Assembly: GCA_012026655.1 (NCBI GenBank)
Contig: JAAILG010001935.1
Coordinates: 1 to 59,858 of the forward strand
Direction of reading: 5' to 3'
Source of the DNA: Hydrolagus affinis
Taxonomy: Eukaryota
DNA: 59,858 nt
The notes under the pieces were generated by a model. The model was given only the letters and a program-made list of their open reading frames with translations, was not told the origin of the DNA and did not search any database. Below are positions 1 to 12,264 of the stretch, piece by piece. The position numbers and the translations under genes were made by a program. Within the stretch, counting starts at the first letter, position 1. Each line of letters begins with the position of its first letter.

Positions 1-91
1 AATGGGAAAATATTAAAATGAGGAAAATCAAGCAGCAAGGTAGTCATTTAGATCATCCAAACTCTTGTTCAATGCAAGATTATCCTGTTCC

Positions 92-150
92 GGCGCCTTG
101 GGACGTCCTCCCCATTTGAAAGGCACTCTATCAATGTAATTTTGTTGTTG
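92..150 (+). mobile_element. Isolated L2-type 3' tail fragment
   Basis: gcgccttgggacgtcctcc...gaaaggcactctatcaatgtaattttgttgttg resembles the tail of the L2 copy ending at 10133. Confidence 0.6.
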
Positions 151-299
151 ATTTTGTTTATTTTGTTCCCTCATGTTTGAGCCATTTGCAAATGTCACTG
201 CTATGAGAAAACAGAGAATCACAAATTAGGTATCACAAATTACCTCTGCTGACAGTCAATAAACAATTATTGCCTACCTAACTAACTACCTACTCATTC

Positions 300-579
300 T
301 CCAGATGAGGATCTATTTGCCTGTTGAGGGACACATTCTTAAAGATCCCATGGCATTATTTGAAAAGGGGAGGGAGTTTCTTCCAGTGTTTTGGTCAACA
401 GTCTCCCAAATAAAATAGATTCATGACTGTTTGTAGGACATTACTGTGTGCAAATTGACTGCTGCATTTGCTTACAAACTGCGCAGTCACTATACTTCAC
501 AATAAAATCATGTGGCTTTGAAATGTCCTCCTGAAATGAAAGGTGGAGGAGCAAATGCAAGGATTATTATTTATTTATT
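300..579 (+). mobile_element. DeuSINE/SacSINE1-like SINE, 5'-truncated
   Basis: aaagatcccatggcattatttgaaaagg...gggagtttc, then tgtgtgcaaattgactgctgc and the tail caaatgcaaggattattat; homologous to copies at 4931 and 12213. Confidence 0.75.
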
Positions 580-1744
580 ACACCCAGAAGCCAGATGGAC
601 AATGACTATTTACTATTGTCCTGATTAGTTAATGGTGGTAAATAATACAAACTAATATTTTGTCATTACTGTTCTCCCAGCCAGGTTCATGCAGAAATCA
701 CTTATATTTTTAATATCATTATTGTATGTTTACAGATTTGTAGACTTAAAGTTAGGATGAAACTCAAGAGATCCAGCTCCAGCACAGGAATATTTATCTT
801 CTCTCAAAAGGCTTTATGCCAATAACGTGGATCAAATTGTATGAATGTTATGATAAATGTGTACGGTTGGTCCACAACAAGTTTGATTGAAGACTTTCTG
901 TCCCTAAAATATACTGCTATCAGGGATCTTTTGACAAGACATACGGACCAGCTCTACAAGTCCACGTGCGTATGAGTGAATTTGGAAAAATATCAGTAAT
1001 TCCTACAAAGCCCTAAAGATTTGAAAAGAAAGATGAGCACAAAAAAACATTGCTGATGTAATGGAGTTTTCAACAGCACTAGTCAGGTTTGTTAAATTTG
1101 GTAAAAAAAAACAAGCTACAGTTGTCCTGTTAAATACAGTTGATGCCAACAATTGTAATTTGGTTAATGGGGAGCATCTATTTATTGGGGACATTTCCAC
1201 AGTAACCATCTAATTCACTATGTATTTTAATGAGCACCACTGGGGTTTACTTGATGAGGACAAGTTCATAAATTCAATACTTTCATTTCCACCAGGGTGT
1301 CCCAATTAAAAGGTTTCTGCTCTCGTACAGATATGCAGATAAACCAAGTCATCCACAGCACCCTAACGACAATCTTTGACAATTACTTGAACAGCAATAA
1401 CACGGGAAAGATTGTGCTGCAATGTGCTATGGTCCTTAAGGATCCAATTTGCCACCTTAGTTCCAATTTTGCTAAACAGTAAACCATTTGAACAACAGTG
1501 ATGTGTTTTGATGTTGTATATCAAACCAGGCATCATTTTATTTTATTATTTTTAAAAAAAAAGTAATGGTGGAAATATCAAATATGAATCTGCCCTTTGA
1601 ATGACCACAAAATTCAGAGTGATATCAAACCCTACAGAAATGTGTTCTGCCACAGACATGATGCAGATTATTATTTGCTTTATGCCAGGACACTTGTGTA
1701 ATTTTCACCTTGAAAATGCATGGTCATTACACTATACCGTACAT

Positions 1745-1812
1745 ATCCTGTGAAGCATTTTGAGACGTTCTCCTGATGTGAAAGGCACTACATCAAATGC
1801 AAGGATTATTTA
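1745..1812 (+). mobile_element. SINE/L2 3' tail fragment
   Basis: ctgtgaagcattttgagacgttctcctgatgtgaaaggcact...atcaaatgcaaggattatt. Confidence 0.65.
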
Positions 1813-2737
1813 TCTAAACATACCAACAGAAAAATAAAACTGTGAACAATATTGAATTATATTTTAATATAGTATAGCTTTGCCTTGTCCTGTAAATTTG
1901 TACCGGGAACCAACGTTAAAAGGAAGCTGTAATGTCTGTGATTTAGAATTTACTCTTTGCAGTATTGAAGCCTGGTATTTGTTCATGATTTGTAGCAGTC
2001 CTCTGGGAACATTAGTAACAACCTTTCAGCAGCACTGATTACAAAGTGAGGTGCTCTGCATATTAACAATGGTTCAGTACCCAAGTGGCTCCACATCACA
2101 TAAGCAACCTGCCTGACAACAGCAGAGAGACAGGCTGTAGAAAAAGTAGAGCAAGTGAACTTGAATGGAATGATTAAGATCCACTTGAGCTAAAATAACC
2201 AGCTGACACAGGGCTGGAGTGGTGGAGTAAGAAGGTGAATCAATTACGCTCTACTGCTCTTAAGCTTAAGTTTTTGTAAAGAGTAATTGAGGAGAATAGG
2301 TACAGGCACAGTGAATATTTACTTCCTGGATTTAATATATATTTTTCAGTTGTGCAAACATTGACAAAAGAAACCTAAACACATTTAGACTTTCATATAT
2401 TTATTTGCATTTAAATAATATGAATATGTACAATTTTGGGTGAAGAGGTTGTTCCCTCCCTATAAACAAAATGGATCCCCTTCCATTCCATGAAGTGTTG
2501 ACGTTCTAATTGACTAGAAATGTTAAAACAATTGTAATCCTTGTGCCTCAGTTAGGATCAGGTAACTCAGCAAAAATGAGGATCTTCCACGTTTCAAATT
2601 TAAAAGAGAGCTCAACCCAATTGTGTGTTAAACACATCCATTCCAATGATTTATTGGCAAACACAACCCCATGTATAATAAAGACAGCAGATAATCAGAA
2701 AGAAACAAATATGTTGCTCGGCACATAGTGAAAATAT

Positions 2738-2775
2738 AACAACAACAACTTGGATTTATATCGCACCCTCCACAA
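2738..2775 (-). mobile_element. L2 3' tail fragment
   Basis: aacaacaacaacttggatttatatcgcaccct is the reverse complement of the (GTT)n L2 tail seen near 10660-10692 and 16780-16808. Confidence 0.55.
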
Positions 2776-4930
2776 CAAAGGGCTTCAAAATAATGCAACA
2801 CTGCCATCTCATAGAGTGAGGATTGCTATAATATGATCAACCATAGGATTTCACCATTATCAGTTTGCCAATTAATTTTCAACAAATGAAGACTGATAAT
2901 CTCCTGGAATTTAATTATTCATCAAACGTGGAATGGTGTCAAATCCCCTGGAGTGATTCCAGGCAGTAATCTAATTTTGGGGTTCAGATGACATTAATAA
3001 TAAGAAGAGTAAACTACTTGAGTTTTTTCTTCTCATAATCTATGACATTTGATCTTGAATATTAGATTACTCTTTTGTAATCACCCGTAGGCTTTCATTA
3101 TCCACATGGAATGTATTACACCTTAAGTTCAAGTCTGAATCAATAAATAAAAGTATGAAACGTGACACGAGATACAGGTGACAGTGGTGTTGGCTTTAAT
3201 GTAGCTAAACTGAAACTCATACTGGCACATCGCGAGTTATGGAAAATCTGATGAGTATTAGTATCCCAGTATTCAACGTTCCTTCAGTTCTTTCAGATAA
3301 TTACAATGGTCAATTCTATGACAGATCTGTACTTGTTACGAATCTTCCCAGCTACACCCTTGGAAAAACTTTCACCGGATTGGTACGATGGGGTGGCAGA
3401 CTTCAATTGTTCCATTTAGAATTCCTACATTGCTTTTTTAGTGTTCATTAATTCTAATAGCATACCTCGTTCAACACCACCTTCTCAGTTGTATATTCAC
3501 CTATAGCAGTTTAATAGTCGTACCAGGTACATCAAACCAGTGTTGTTTGAAAGTCTAAAATGTTGATAGCAGGATGGTTTGACAAAACATTTTCACATTT
3601 ATATGAAGATCACCTATCTTGTTCCTCCTCTGTTAAATTAATACCCTGTACATATGTTGAGTTGTAAATTTTACGGTCAAAAACACACTATGCTTATTGC
3701 TGTTAAATTTGAATGCTGACATGTATTTATTCTGTGAAAATCTTAATTGTTAAATACCGTCATAATAATTCTTATGTTACCTGGAATGTTAGCCTATAAT
3801 ATTATTAAATAGCACAAAGCTGTAACACTTTGTGTGTTACAGACATTTTATTTACCAAAGAATATGTGTCGCTAGCCCACTGTATCCACTGGAGTACTTC
3901 TGTAATGCTGTAACTACAGTATTCACCATCGTAATTATGATTGTATGTTACAAGGCTTGAGATGTCCTGAAGGCACTCTTCTCAAAACTACTCATGTCGG
4001 TGAAAGGGCAAGCACTTATACTGCCAACAGAATGTTTTTTGCGCATGCAAGCCAAGATATACAGTGGATAATAAAATAGAACTGTTTCAAAAATAATTAA
4101 TTGAATATTCTTCAAGTTCTGTACTAACGGGTCTAGCTTATATTTAACATTGCCTAATAAGCAAGAAGTATGCCCTACACCGCCACTACCATTTGTTTCC
4201 ATTATTTCAGGGCCATTGTGGCTAGCTGCCTAATGGACTGTATCAGGCAGCTGTATTATTAGCACTCATTAGTGTGTTTTACTTATTAGCCATTAAGACT
4301 CTAAAATGTCCCCCCTCCCTACTCCCTCCTCCCTATCATTCTTTCTGGGAATCCTGGTAGTGAAAAATATCTGTGACTGCCTTATCAGCAGAATATATCA
4401 GGCTGCTGTTTGTCACTCATCAATCAATCCCTTTCAGCTCCACTAGTGCCCTCTCTGCATATATAAATTTAGTAGCACTGTCTTTTAGCTAAAATGGGCC
4501 CTCTGGTGAATAAGAGAACACCCGAGTGCTTTGTGGTATGATTAAAAAGGGTTCTTCGTTTTATACTGGCCTATATAGTTTGAAAGCTGGCAAGAAAAAG
4601 AATCAAACTGTGCAGCTTTGTGCTGGTCAGAAAGGCCCTTTTTGTTGCTTCAAAATGTACTTTTAAGATTTCCCCTTGTTCTCTGAAACTACGATGACAG
4701 AAAGATGCTTAACATTTCAAAGTCTTTTTCCAATATCCGCCACAGTGAGCTGACGATGCAAGAATACTGATAAAATGTAAAAAGAAGGGAAATGACTGGG
4801 CTAGTGGAGAATTTATTTTTACAATATTGATGAATATTGTATATTGATAAACTAGTTAAACATTGTAGTCATACTCTATCTTCCCATTGTTTAGGAAACT
4901 TCTTAGTTCATGATAATATATATTTATGTC

Positions 4931-5280
4931 GGCCTGACTCAGTTGGTTGCCCTTTTGCCTCTGAGTTAAAAGGTTGTGGGTTAAAGCCCTAGGTTGGGGC
5001 TTTGAACACACAATCTTCGCTGACATTCCAGTGGAATGCTTAAGTATGCTCAATTGTTTGAGGTACCGTCTTTTGGTTGAGATGTACAACTGAAGTCTTA
5101 CCTGCTTGTTTGTGTGGAAGGTAAAATTCTCATGGCACTACCGGTTTAAAAAAATAAGGAGTTTCTCCCGGTGTCCTGGCCAACAATCCCTCAAATACTA
5201 TTGACCATTCACTTCAATGCTGTTTGTGAGATATTGTTGTTCACAAATTGACTGCAATGTTTGCCTACAAATATAAATAC
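4931..5280 (+). mobile_element. DeuSINE/SacSINE1-like tRNA-derived SINE (head plus Deu domain, tail missing)
   Basis: Head ctcagttggttg...ttgcctctgagttaaaaggttgtgggtt; core gctgacattccagtg...gaggtaccgtcttttggttgaga...catggcacta...ggagtttctcccggtgtcctggccaa. Confidence 0.8.
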
Positions 5281-5337
5281 ACAAATCAAGCCAGTGCCAG
5301 GATGGTGGAAGGTGAAATAGAAGGACCCTGGTCTTAA

Positions 5338-6038
5338 ATCATAGAATTTTGCAGCATAAAAGGAGGCCATTCGGTCCATCGAGTCTGTGCCGGCTCTTTG
5401 AAAAGGGCTATAAAAAGTCATTCCCACCCACTGTCTCTCTTCCCATAACCCCACAAACCTGTCCTCCCAAAATAACCATTCACCTCTCTTTTAAAAGTTG
5501 CTATCAAATCTACCACACATTCAGGCAATGCATTCCAGATTCAAACAACTCGCTTTTCTCCTTACCTCCTCTCTGCTTCTTTTAGAAGCTATATTAAATC
5601 TGTGACCTCAAATCACTGACACACCCATCAGTGGAAACAGTTTTACCCCGTTTACCCTATCAAATCCCCTCATGATTTTGAAAATGTTTATTAGGTCTCC
5701 TCGTAACCTTCTCTGCTCCGATGAGAATAAACCTAGCCTCTCTAGCCTTTCCTCATAACCAAAGTCCTTCATTCCTGGTACCATCTGGTAAATCTCCTCT
5801 GCACATTTTCCAATGCCTTAACATCCTTCCTAAAGTGTGGTGCCCAGAAATGAACACAGTACTCTAGCTGATGCCTAACCAGCATTTTATACAGCTAATC
5901 ATAACTTGCTGACTTTTGTACTCTATGCCCCTATTAATAAAGCTTAGTATCCCGTATATTTTTTGTTTAACAGTCTTATCTACCTGTCCTGCCACCTTCA
6001 AAGATTTACTTACATGAACCCCAGGTCCCTCTGTTCCT
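5338..6038 (-). mobile_element. CR1 LINE 3' fragment (RT C-terminus plus 3' UTR)
   Basis: Minus strand near 5790-5865 reads [28 protein letters not shown], a typical CR1 ORF2 motif; terminal catagaattttgcagcataaaaggaggccattcgg is a CR1 3' end. Confidence 0.9.
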
Positions 6039-6049
6039 TCAACCCCTCC

Positions 6050-6445
6050 CCCCCACCACCCACCGTACTATTAAGTTCATAACTCCTACCTCTCCTAACT
6101 CATAATCCCATATCAGTCTGTCCACTCCCTCTGCTCGGCGGGCACCAGCCTGCTTCAGGTCCCCTGCCCCATTATTGGCAATCGTGCTTTTAACTCCCTT
6201 GCCCTCATATTCTGGAACTCTATTCCACAATCTCTCCTCCTCACCCCCTCTCTTGCTTACTTCAAGTCCCATCTTCGATCGCACCTTTGACCACCTTCCC
6301 TCCCCACCTGCCTTCTGACCCCAACACCCAGCTTGGGTCCTGATTCTGCAGTGCCCTGAATACCACACTTTACAACATATCCTGTGAAACGGTTGAAATT
6401 TCCTCCTAAGGTGAACAGCTCTATACAAAATCCAATGATTGTTAT
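6050..6445 (+). mobile_element. L2 LINE 3' fragment
   Basis: C-rich; ggcaatcgtgctttt...ttctggaactct...cttcgatcgcacctttgaccacc is homologous to the L2 copies at 9290 and 16277; tail ctctatacaaaatcc...ttgtt. Confidence 0.75.
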
Positions 6446-7299
6446 AAATCGTAATATATTTTTCTCCTTATCTACTCTCAGATCTCCTTTCTCCTACACC
6501 ACAAGTGAAATGATGGAAAACTAATTGCAGTCAGGTCAATCTACAGGCTTTTAAACTCAAGTTTAGTATCCCCTAACCACCACTTCTTGATTTATCTCAT
6601 CTTCTTTCTTACTCTTTTCAATCTCTGTGGTGTTCTGAGCTACGGTTCTTTGCTCTTCACTGAGATTACATTAGTCAGCACAACAAATTCTCATGGTTTT
6701 ACTGAGATGCAGTTTATCCAATGAAATCTGCTTAATTCATATAGATAAATTGCTGTTGATGTAATCTATGTCCTAAATATGATTAACATTCCAACCAAAG
6801 TGTATGGAGCATATTGGACACTTTCTCAGCTCACCCTTAATGCGGGAGACAAATATTTGCCAGGGAGATATTTTTAAATAGAGGAACATTGCTAAATTAC
6901 TGGGAGATTAAAGGTTTGATGTATAATCTTAACAAAATACCTGCGCCTCATGTAAATGATATAAATGTTTATGGACTGTCTTTGACTCCATAAATTCCAT
7001 ACACTGAAATCTTTCACTATTGCAAATTACTCTGAGCTCAGTTGGGACACATGTATTCATTCACAGTATCGCAATAGTGGTGGTCAATTGATACACCCTT
7101 TGGAAAACTGCCCTGGCTGGAGATGGTGGAGGGTTTCTGGATCTGCAGTGAATCCAAGATACAGTGCTGTGTTAGTTTTCAGAGTTTAAGATTTCAGAGT
7201 GATGGACCGCTTCACAACTAGGATTTACTGGATTTCATCTGGTAAAGATCGGACTTTACCTCAGTAAATCCAGAAGAATGGTTTCAAAGTGAGAAATAG

Positions 7300-7475
7300 A
7301 TAAATCAGAAATAAATGCTTAGGTATCACCAAGCTTGGATCTTATAAACCTATGCATTGTAACAGGAAGGGATGACTGAGGTGGAAGGGAGATTCCGTTT
7401 TAAGGTCCTGAGAATGAATGATTATAGTTGGAGATGGTGCAATGATTCTTGATTTCAGCACATTGAAGAGTTGCA
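7300..7475 (-). mobile_element. Old LINE (L2-like) RT relic
   Basis: Minus strand gives [10 protein letters not shown] and a downstream DPSL, resembling non-LTR RT C-terminal motifs; shares 20 identical bp with 31301-31320. Confidence 0.4.
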
Positions 7476-7486
7476 CTATTTTCACA

Positions 7487-7808
7487 TTGCCTTAGAAGCA
7501 AGAGACCTGGGTTTGATTCCAGGCAGGGTGAAACCTTGGGCAAGTTTCCTTACTCCACATGCCTGATAATAATCCCTAAAATTGATTATTTCAATCCACG
7601 AGGATTTGTGGGACACTGCTGTACGCAATTGGCTGCCTCGTTTTGCCCACAGTCAATTCACTTTACAGTATATTCTGTAGCACCTTGGGATGTCCTCCTG
7701 ATGTGAAAGTTGTTGATTGTTGTTGTTGAATTCTGCAAAGAGCTTTGAGATGTCTGGAAGACATGAAAAGCGCTATATCAAACGCAAGGATTATTATTAT
7801 TGTTATTG
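7487..7808 (+). mobile_element. tRNA-Ala-derived (TTA)n SINE, 5'-clipped, with an inserted L2 tail
   Basis: gcaagagacctgggtttgattccaggcaggg...aaccttgggcaagtttccttactccac matches the 56535 copy; ends gcaaggattattattatt. Confidence 0.85.
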
Positions 7809-9289
7809 CCACTGTACTACCAATGGTTGAGCTGCTGTTAGTACATTGGAAAGTATTGTCTTCTTCTGATAGTTGTGAGCATACAATTACTAATGTTGAA
7901 CTTCAACATGAACAACTCAGGGAGGAATCATTCACCTTATTCTCTGTGCAATTATTTTAATAGGAGTGCATTTGTGATATTTCATCACATGTTCGATATG
8001 ATCACAATGAATCAATTTATAAAATGTTTCAAATTCACTCTTTTAAATGCTGATTGAGATAAAGGAACTGATCTCTCCCTGCACTGTCTTTCTCTCCCCT
8101 ATCTTATCTGAGCAAGCAGCAAAAGAAAAAGTAAGTTGCCCATGAGTTCAATCGGTTTCACTTTTACCAGTGTTGCCTTAGCATCATAAACATTTAGGTT
8201 TACCCAATAATTGCACTCAGAGCCTTAAAGAAGGCTGAAAAACAAATATTCATTGGTATGAAGTCATTGTCTTTTAACATTTGTATCTTCCAGAGCATTT
8301 CCTGTTCTACCTTGAGAAAGTGAGAGAGATTGGAGATATCATCTCATTCATCACCTAGATCTCTACCAGGCATCTCTAGCAGAAAATCCATTTTCCCTCA
8401 GTTTTGAACAATAATCTCTCTGTCTCTGTCACACAGCTCTGCTGAAACTGCTGCACCAGCCAGTGAGTAATTGGGATGTCAGCTGTAGGCTTAGATTCTG
8501 CGAATCTCTGTTGAATACAAGGGTAGAGAATAATGTGCTGAAAGAAACATCCGTTTTCCTTGTCAAAGTAATCAGAGAAAATAAAAATACAATGATAACT
8601 GCTTAGGTAAAATTGGTACCACATTGTTGAACATGTCATGGGATGATACAGCTAGAGAAGGATATCTTTCTGTAACCCACAGAAGAATGTGCTATCAGAA
8701 CAATGCAGTTTATAAAATGTGAATAATCGGTGTTTGCATTTTAAATTAGACACACACAAAGCTAACGTTCCAGTAATAAGATGAATTATGCAGGCACTTT
8801 TCCAAACCTCCAAAATGTTCCAAAGAAAAACATACATGGCAACAGAAAGATAGGATTATCAAAACATGAACCTGTCTTTCACGTACTGATCAGCTCTGTG
8901 TATTTTCAAATTCCCCATTTTCCATTGTCTCATATTTAACACAACCTTATCATTCATTAATGCTCTTCTTAACCTTGTTCTTTTTCCTTCTAGTAAACCT
9001 TCACTTCTCTTCCTGCCCTTACTGTGCAAACTGATTTCTTCCCAGGAATGTGGAACCCCTCACTTCTCTTTCCTTCCTACAATGTAGAGGCTTTGCAAAT
9101 ATAAGCTTGCATCACCTTAGACGTTTGACATGATCTACCTCTTGATTCATCTCATCCTCTCTCCACATGGATGTTTACCATTTTACTAGTTTTTTCAATA
9201 AAACAAAGCACTGATATATTGTGAGAATCCTTTTCCAGTGGTCATCAAATATCCCACAACAATATTCGAAAGAGGAGAGTTCTCTCAGT

Positions 9290-10133
9290 GTCTTGCCCAT
9301 AAATCCACCAAAATAAAATGTGTTGTTTTTGGAGCATTGTTGCATGGAAACGTTGCCTTCACACATCAGGCACCGGCAGCATCAACCTCCATGGTTGCAT
9401 ACTCAAACTCACCAAGCCTGTCAGGATCCTAGGTGTCTTGTTTGATCCTTACCCACATCCAAGCCATGACCCAATCTGCCTTCCCTCACCTCCACAATAT
9501 TTCTTGCCTCCGCCACTACTTCACCCCTAAGGTCACTGAAACCCTCATTCATAGTCCCTTCCAGGCTTGACTACCCCAACGCATTGCTTGTCGGCCTTCC
9601 CAATTCCTCCCTCCATAGGCTGCAGATCATCCAGAACTCTGTGGCCCGTGCCCTCTACTGCTCCAAGCTCCACGACTCCATCTCCCTCAATACTGCATTG
9701 GCTACCCATCACCCAGAGGATTCAATTCAAGATTCTGGTCCTCACCTTCAAAGCCCTCCATGACCTTGCCCCATCCTACCTTTGTGACCTCCTAACCCCC
9801 TACCAACCTGCCCGCTCCCTCCGCTCAGCTAGCTCTGACCCAATGGATTGCTTGACCCACCTGGCCCACCATTGGTGAGCGAGCCTTCAGCCTCTCTGCC
9901 CCTAACATCTGGAATTCCATCCCGCAGTCCCTCTGCCTCGCTCCCTCTCTAGCCTCCTTCAAGTCCTGCCTCAAGACCCTCCTCTTCGACAATCCCATCG
10001 ATCACTCCAAATCATCCTTCTTTCCCTCCACCCTCCCTGATCCCAACTCCAGCTTGGGTCTGTAACATTGACTGCCCAGTGCCTTTGGACATCTTCCTGA
10101 CACGAAAGGTGCTATACAAATGTAATTTTGTTG
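9290..10133 (+). mobile_element. L2 LINE 3' part of ORF2 plus 3' UTR (frameshifted)
   Basis: Peptides KIKCVVFG, LKLTKPVRILGVLFDP and ILHWLPITQRIQFKILVLTFKAL...PSYLCDLL...RSLRS are characteristic of L2 ORF2; tail gtgctatacaaatgtaattttgttg. Confidence 0.92.
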
Positions 10134-10251
10134 CCACGTTCACCCAACAAAAAACACAATCAGCCCACTTTACAATATATGCTGTAAAGAGCTTTGAGAC
10201 ATCCACCCATGTGAAAGGCATTTTATCAAATAGAAGTATTATTATATTATT
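10134..10251 (+). mobile_element. SINE 3' fragment
   Basis: cactttacaatatatgctgtaaagagctttgagacatc...gtgaaaggc...atcaaatagaagtattatta. Confidence 0.7.
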
Positions 10252-10399
10252 CCTTAAATGAAAAATGACATCTTGCACTTGATCTGATGAAGAATCATAT
10301 TTCAAATCAACATATTTTAGACGTCAGTATAAACATCGTGATACCAAGAAGTTGGTAAGGTTGATTTTTTGGAATCATGAGATCTAATAATAACAGTAC

Positions 10400-10500
10400 T
10401 AATAATAGTACAGCATTTGTGTAGCGTGTTTTATGTCAGGAGGATGTCTCAAAGCGCTTCACAGGATTTACTGTAAAGTTTAGTGACTATGTATTTTGTA
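10400..10500 (-). mobile_element. SINE 3' fragment
   Basis: taataata...gcatttg...gatgtctcaaagcgcttcacaggatttactgtaaagt is the reverse complement of the SINE tail. Confidence 0.7.
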
Positions 10501-10569
10501 GACCAAAACTTCTTCATCCTAACTTTTCTTGTGAAGATGAATTAATAAACAAAAATATACACCATGATA

Positions 10570-10692
10570 GACGCGCCTTTGGTCACCTTTCTACCCCTGC
10601 CCCTGGCTCGGTTCCGGGATTCGCTATTGTGAAGTGCTCTGAGACGCAGTCTGGCGTGAAGGGTGCTGTATAAATTGAAGTTGTTGTTGTTG
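10570..10692 (+). mobile_element. L2 3' end
   Basis: Closely similar to 16690-16808: cgcctttggtcaccttt...cccctggct...tgtgaagtgctctgaga...gtctggcgtg...gggtgct, then (GTT)n. Confidence 0.85.
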
Positions 10693-11692
10693 CAAAGAAG
10701 TTTCAGAAATAAATGATGCTCCACCATTATTTGCTTTCTGAGTCAATCCGCTACTGTTTTAAAGTTACGCATGTTTAACTGCTCCCTTAAGGTGATGCGG
10801 GAAATACGTTTGTCCAAAGTCTGTCCATTTTTACAGATCTGAATGAAAGTAAATGTAGAGACTTAAAGAAATAATGTTCAATTCCCTTAATTGGATTAAA
10901 GCAGACCTCATCCATATTGTGGTGATGAGCTTTCTTTAGAATAGTATATGTCAGGCTGACGATCAGGCGTTAATTTATGTGGCTCTGTCAAGATGTTGAC
11001 TAATAACATATTGATCGGTCAGGTAAGATATGCAGAATGTTTGTCAGAAAGCGAGGCAGTTTGGAATTGAAAATTGCTGAAATATGTGACACGATTGAAG
11101 GTAGATTAGTGCCATTACAGTGCAATAAGTGAATTACCATTTACATCTGAAATTCTGCACTTTATGTCAGGGACATCTACTGTTCGAGTAGTGCCTATCC
11201 ACTACTACTTTAATACATGTGTTTAATTTGGTGAAGAAACTGTTCTTTTAGTTCAGATTTTCATTGGGTAAATTTCACCCCAAAACATCAGAATGATATT
11301 TATTCCATCGGCATCCACTCCACACATTGCCCTTGGAATATTATGTCTTCAGGTCACTTTGAAAAGCTACATGTTGAACACTGATACAACTGATACGAGG
11401 TTGCTCTGGTTCTGAAAGTTATGCATGTTTTACATTGAGACATTTTCTTTTTTCTGGTGTACCACGGCAAGTTAGCAAAGGTTGGACTTACTCTTGGCTA
11501 AAGCAAATCTCTCAAATGATAAATTTTTACCGATGGAATTACAAATCCTGCAATCTTGATATTTGGAATAGGATCTCATAATTAACGCAACAACTTGGGG
11601 AGAAATCCCCCATTTAGATTTACTATATGTATTATGTTGGTGTGTCCAGAATTTAGCAAATTGTCTAAAATGCTGCAATAAATAGAATAAAT

Positions 11693-11886
11693 CTTGGCCA
11701 GAACACGAGGAGAAATTCTTCTCTTTTCAAATACAGTAGTGCCATACAATCTTTAACATGCACCTGAGCAGGCAAATGGGACCTTGGTTCAACCTATCAT
11801 CTAAAGGATAGCACCTCCGACACCCTCGGCACTGCATTGGAGTGTCAGCTATGTGGTTCCAAGATCCAATCTGAGGTGAACCCACA
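11693..11886 (-). mobile_element. DeuSINE-like core fragment
   Basis: Reverse complement contains gctgacactccaatgcagtgccgagggtgtcggaggtgctatcctttagatga...tatggcactac...ttctcctcgtgttctggccaa. Confidence 0.75.
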
Positions 11887-12212
11887 TTACATTTTTCCAT
11901 AGAAAAATATTTATATGAATATTGTACTTTCTTGTAGGATATGAAATTGAATCTTTTGTCGTCTCAAATGTAAAAATGGGACCTAACGCTGGCCGGCCTA
12001 TTGTTTTCTTGTTAAATAAATCCATTTTAATTGCAATCGCCATTCAGGCAGCAAGAAGTCAACGCTAATGATATGTAGGTTTGACTTTTTATTGCAGCCA
12101 TGCTAATCAAATGGATGACTACAGCTTTTAAATCATTTCAAACCTTTACTTTCTCGTGACGTTCAGCAGATGTCCAGGTTAAAAGTTTCAACAATAAATA
12201 TTCATCCTTCCC

Positions 12213-12233
12213 CAGCTTTGGCCTCACTCAGTT

Positions 12234-12264
<31 letters not shown>

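Noticed and set aside
28-222. 64-aa minus-strand ORF with an acceptor-like site
   Set aside because: Its middle is the antisense of an L2 tail (92-150), and no protein family is recognisable
2189-2206. MEF2 plus E-box (GCTAAAATAACCAGCTG)
   Set aside because: One A short of the MEF2 consensus
2861-2970. Possible ancient hAT/MITE relics (similar patches near 27110-27250 and 47660-47885)
   Set aside because: Too decayed to define TIRs or boundaries by eye
9567-9878. 103-aa ORF
   Set aside because: Frameshifted L2 ORF2 remnant, not a host gene
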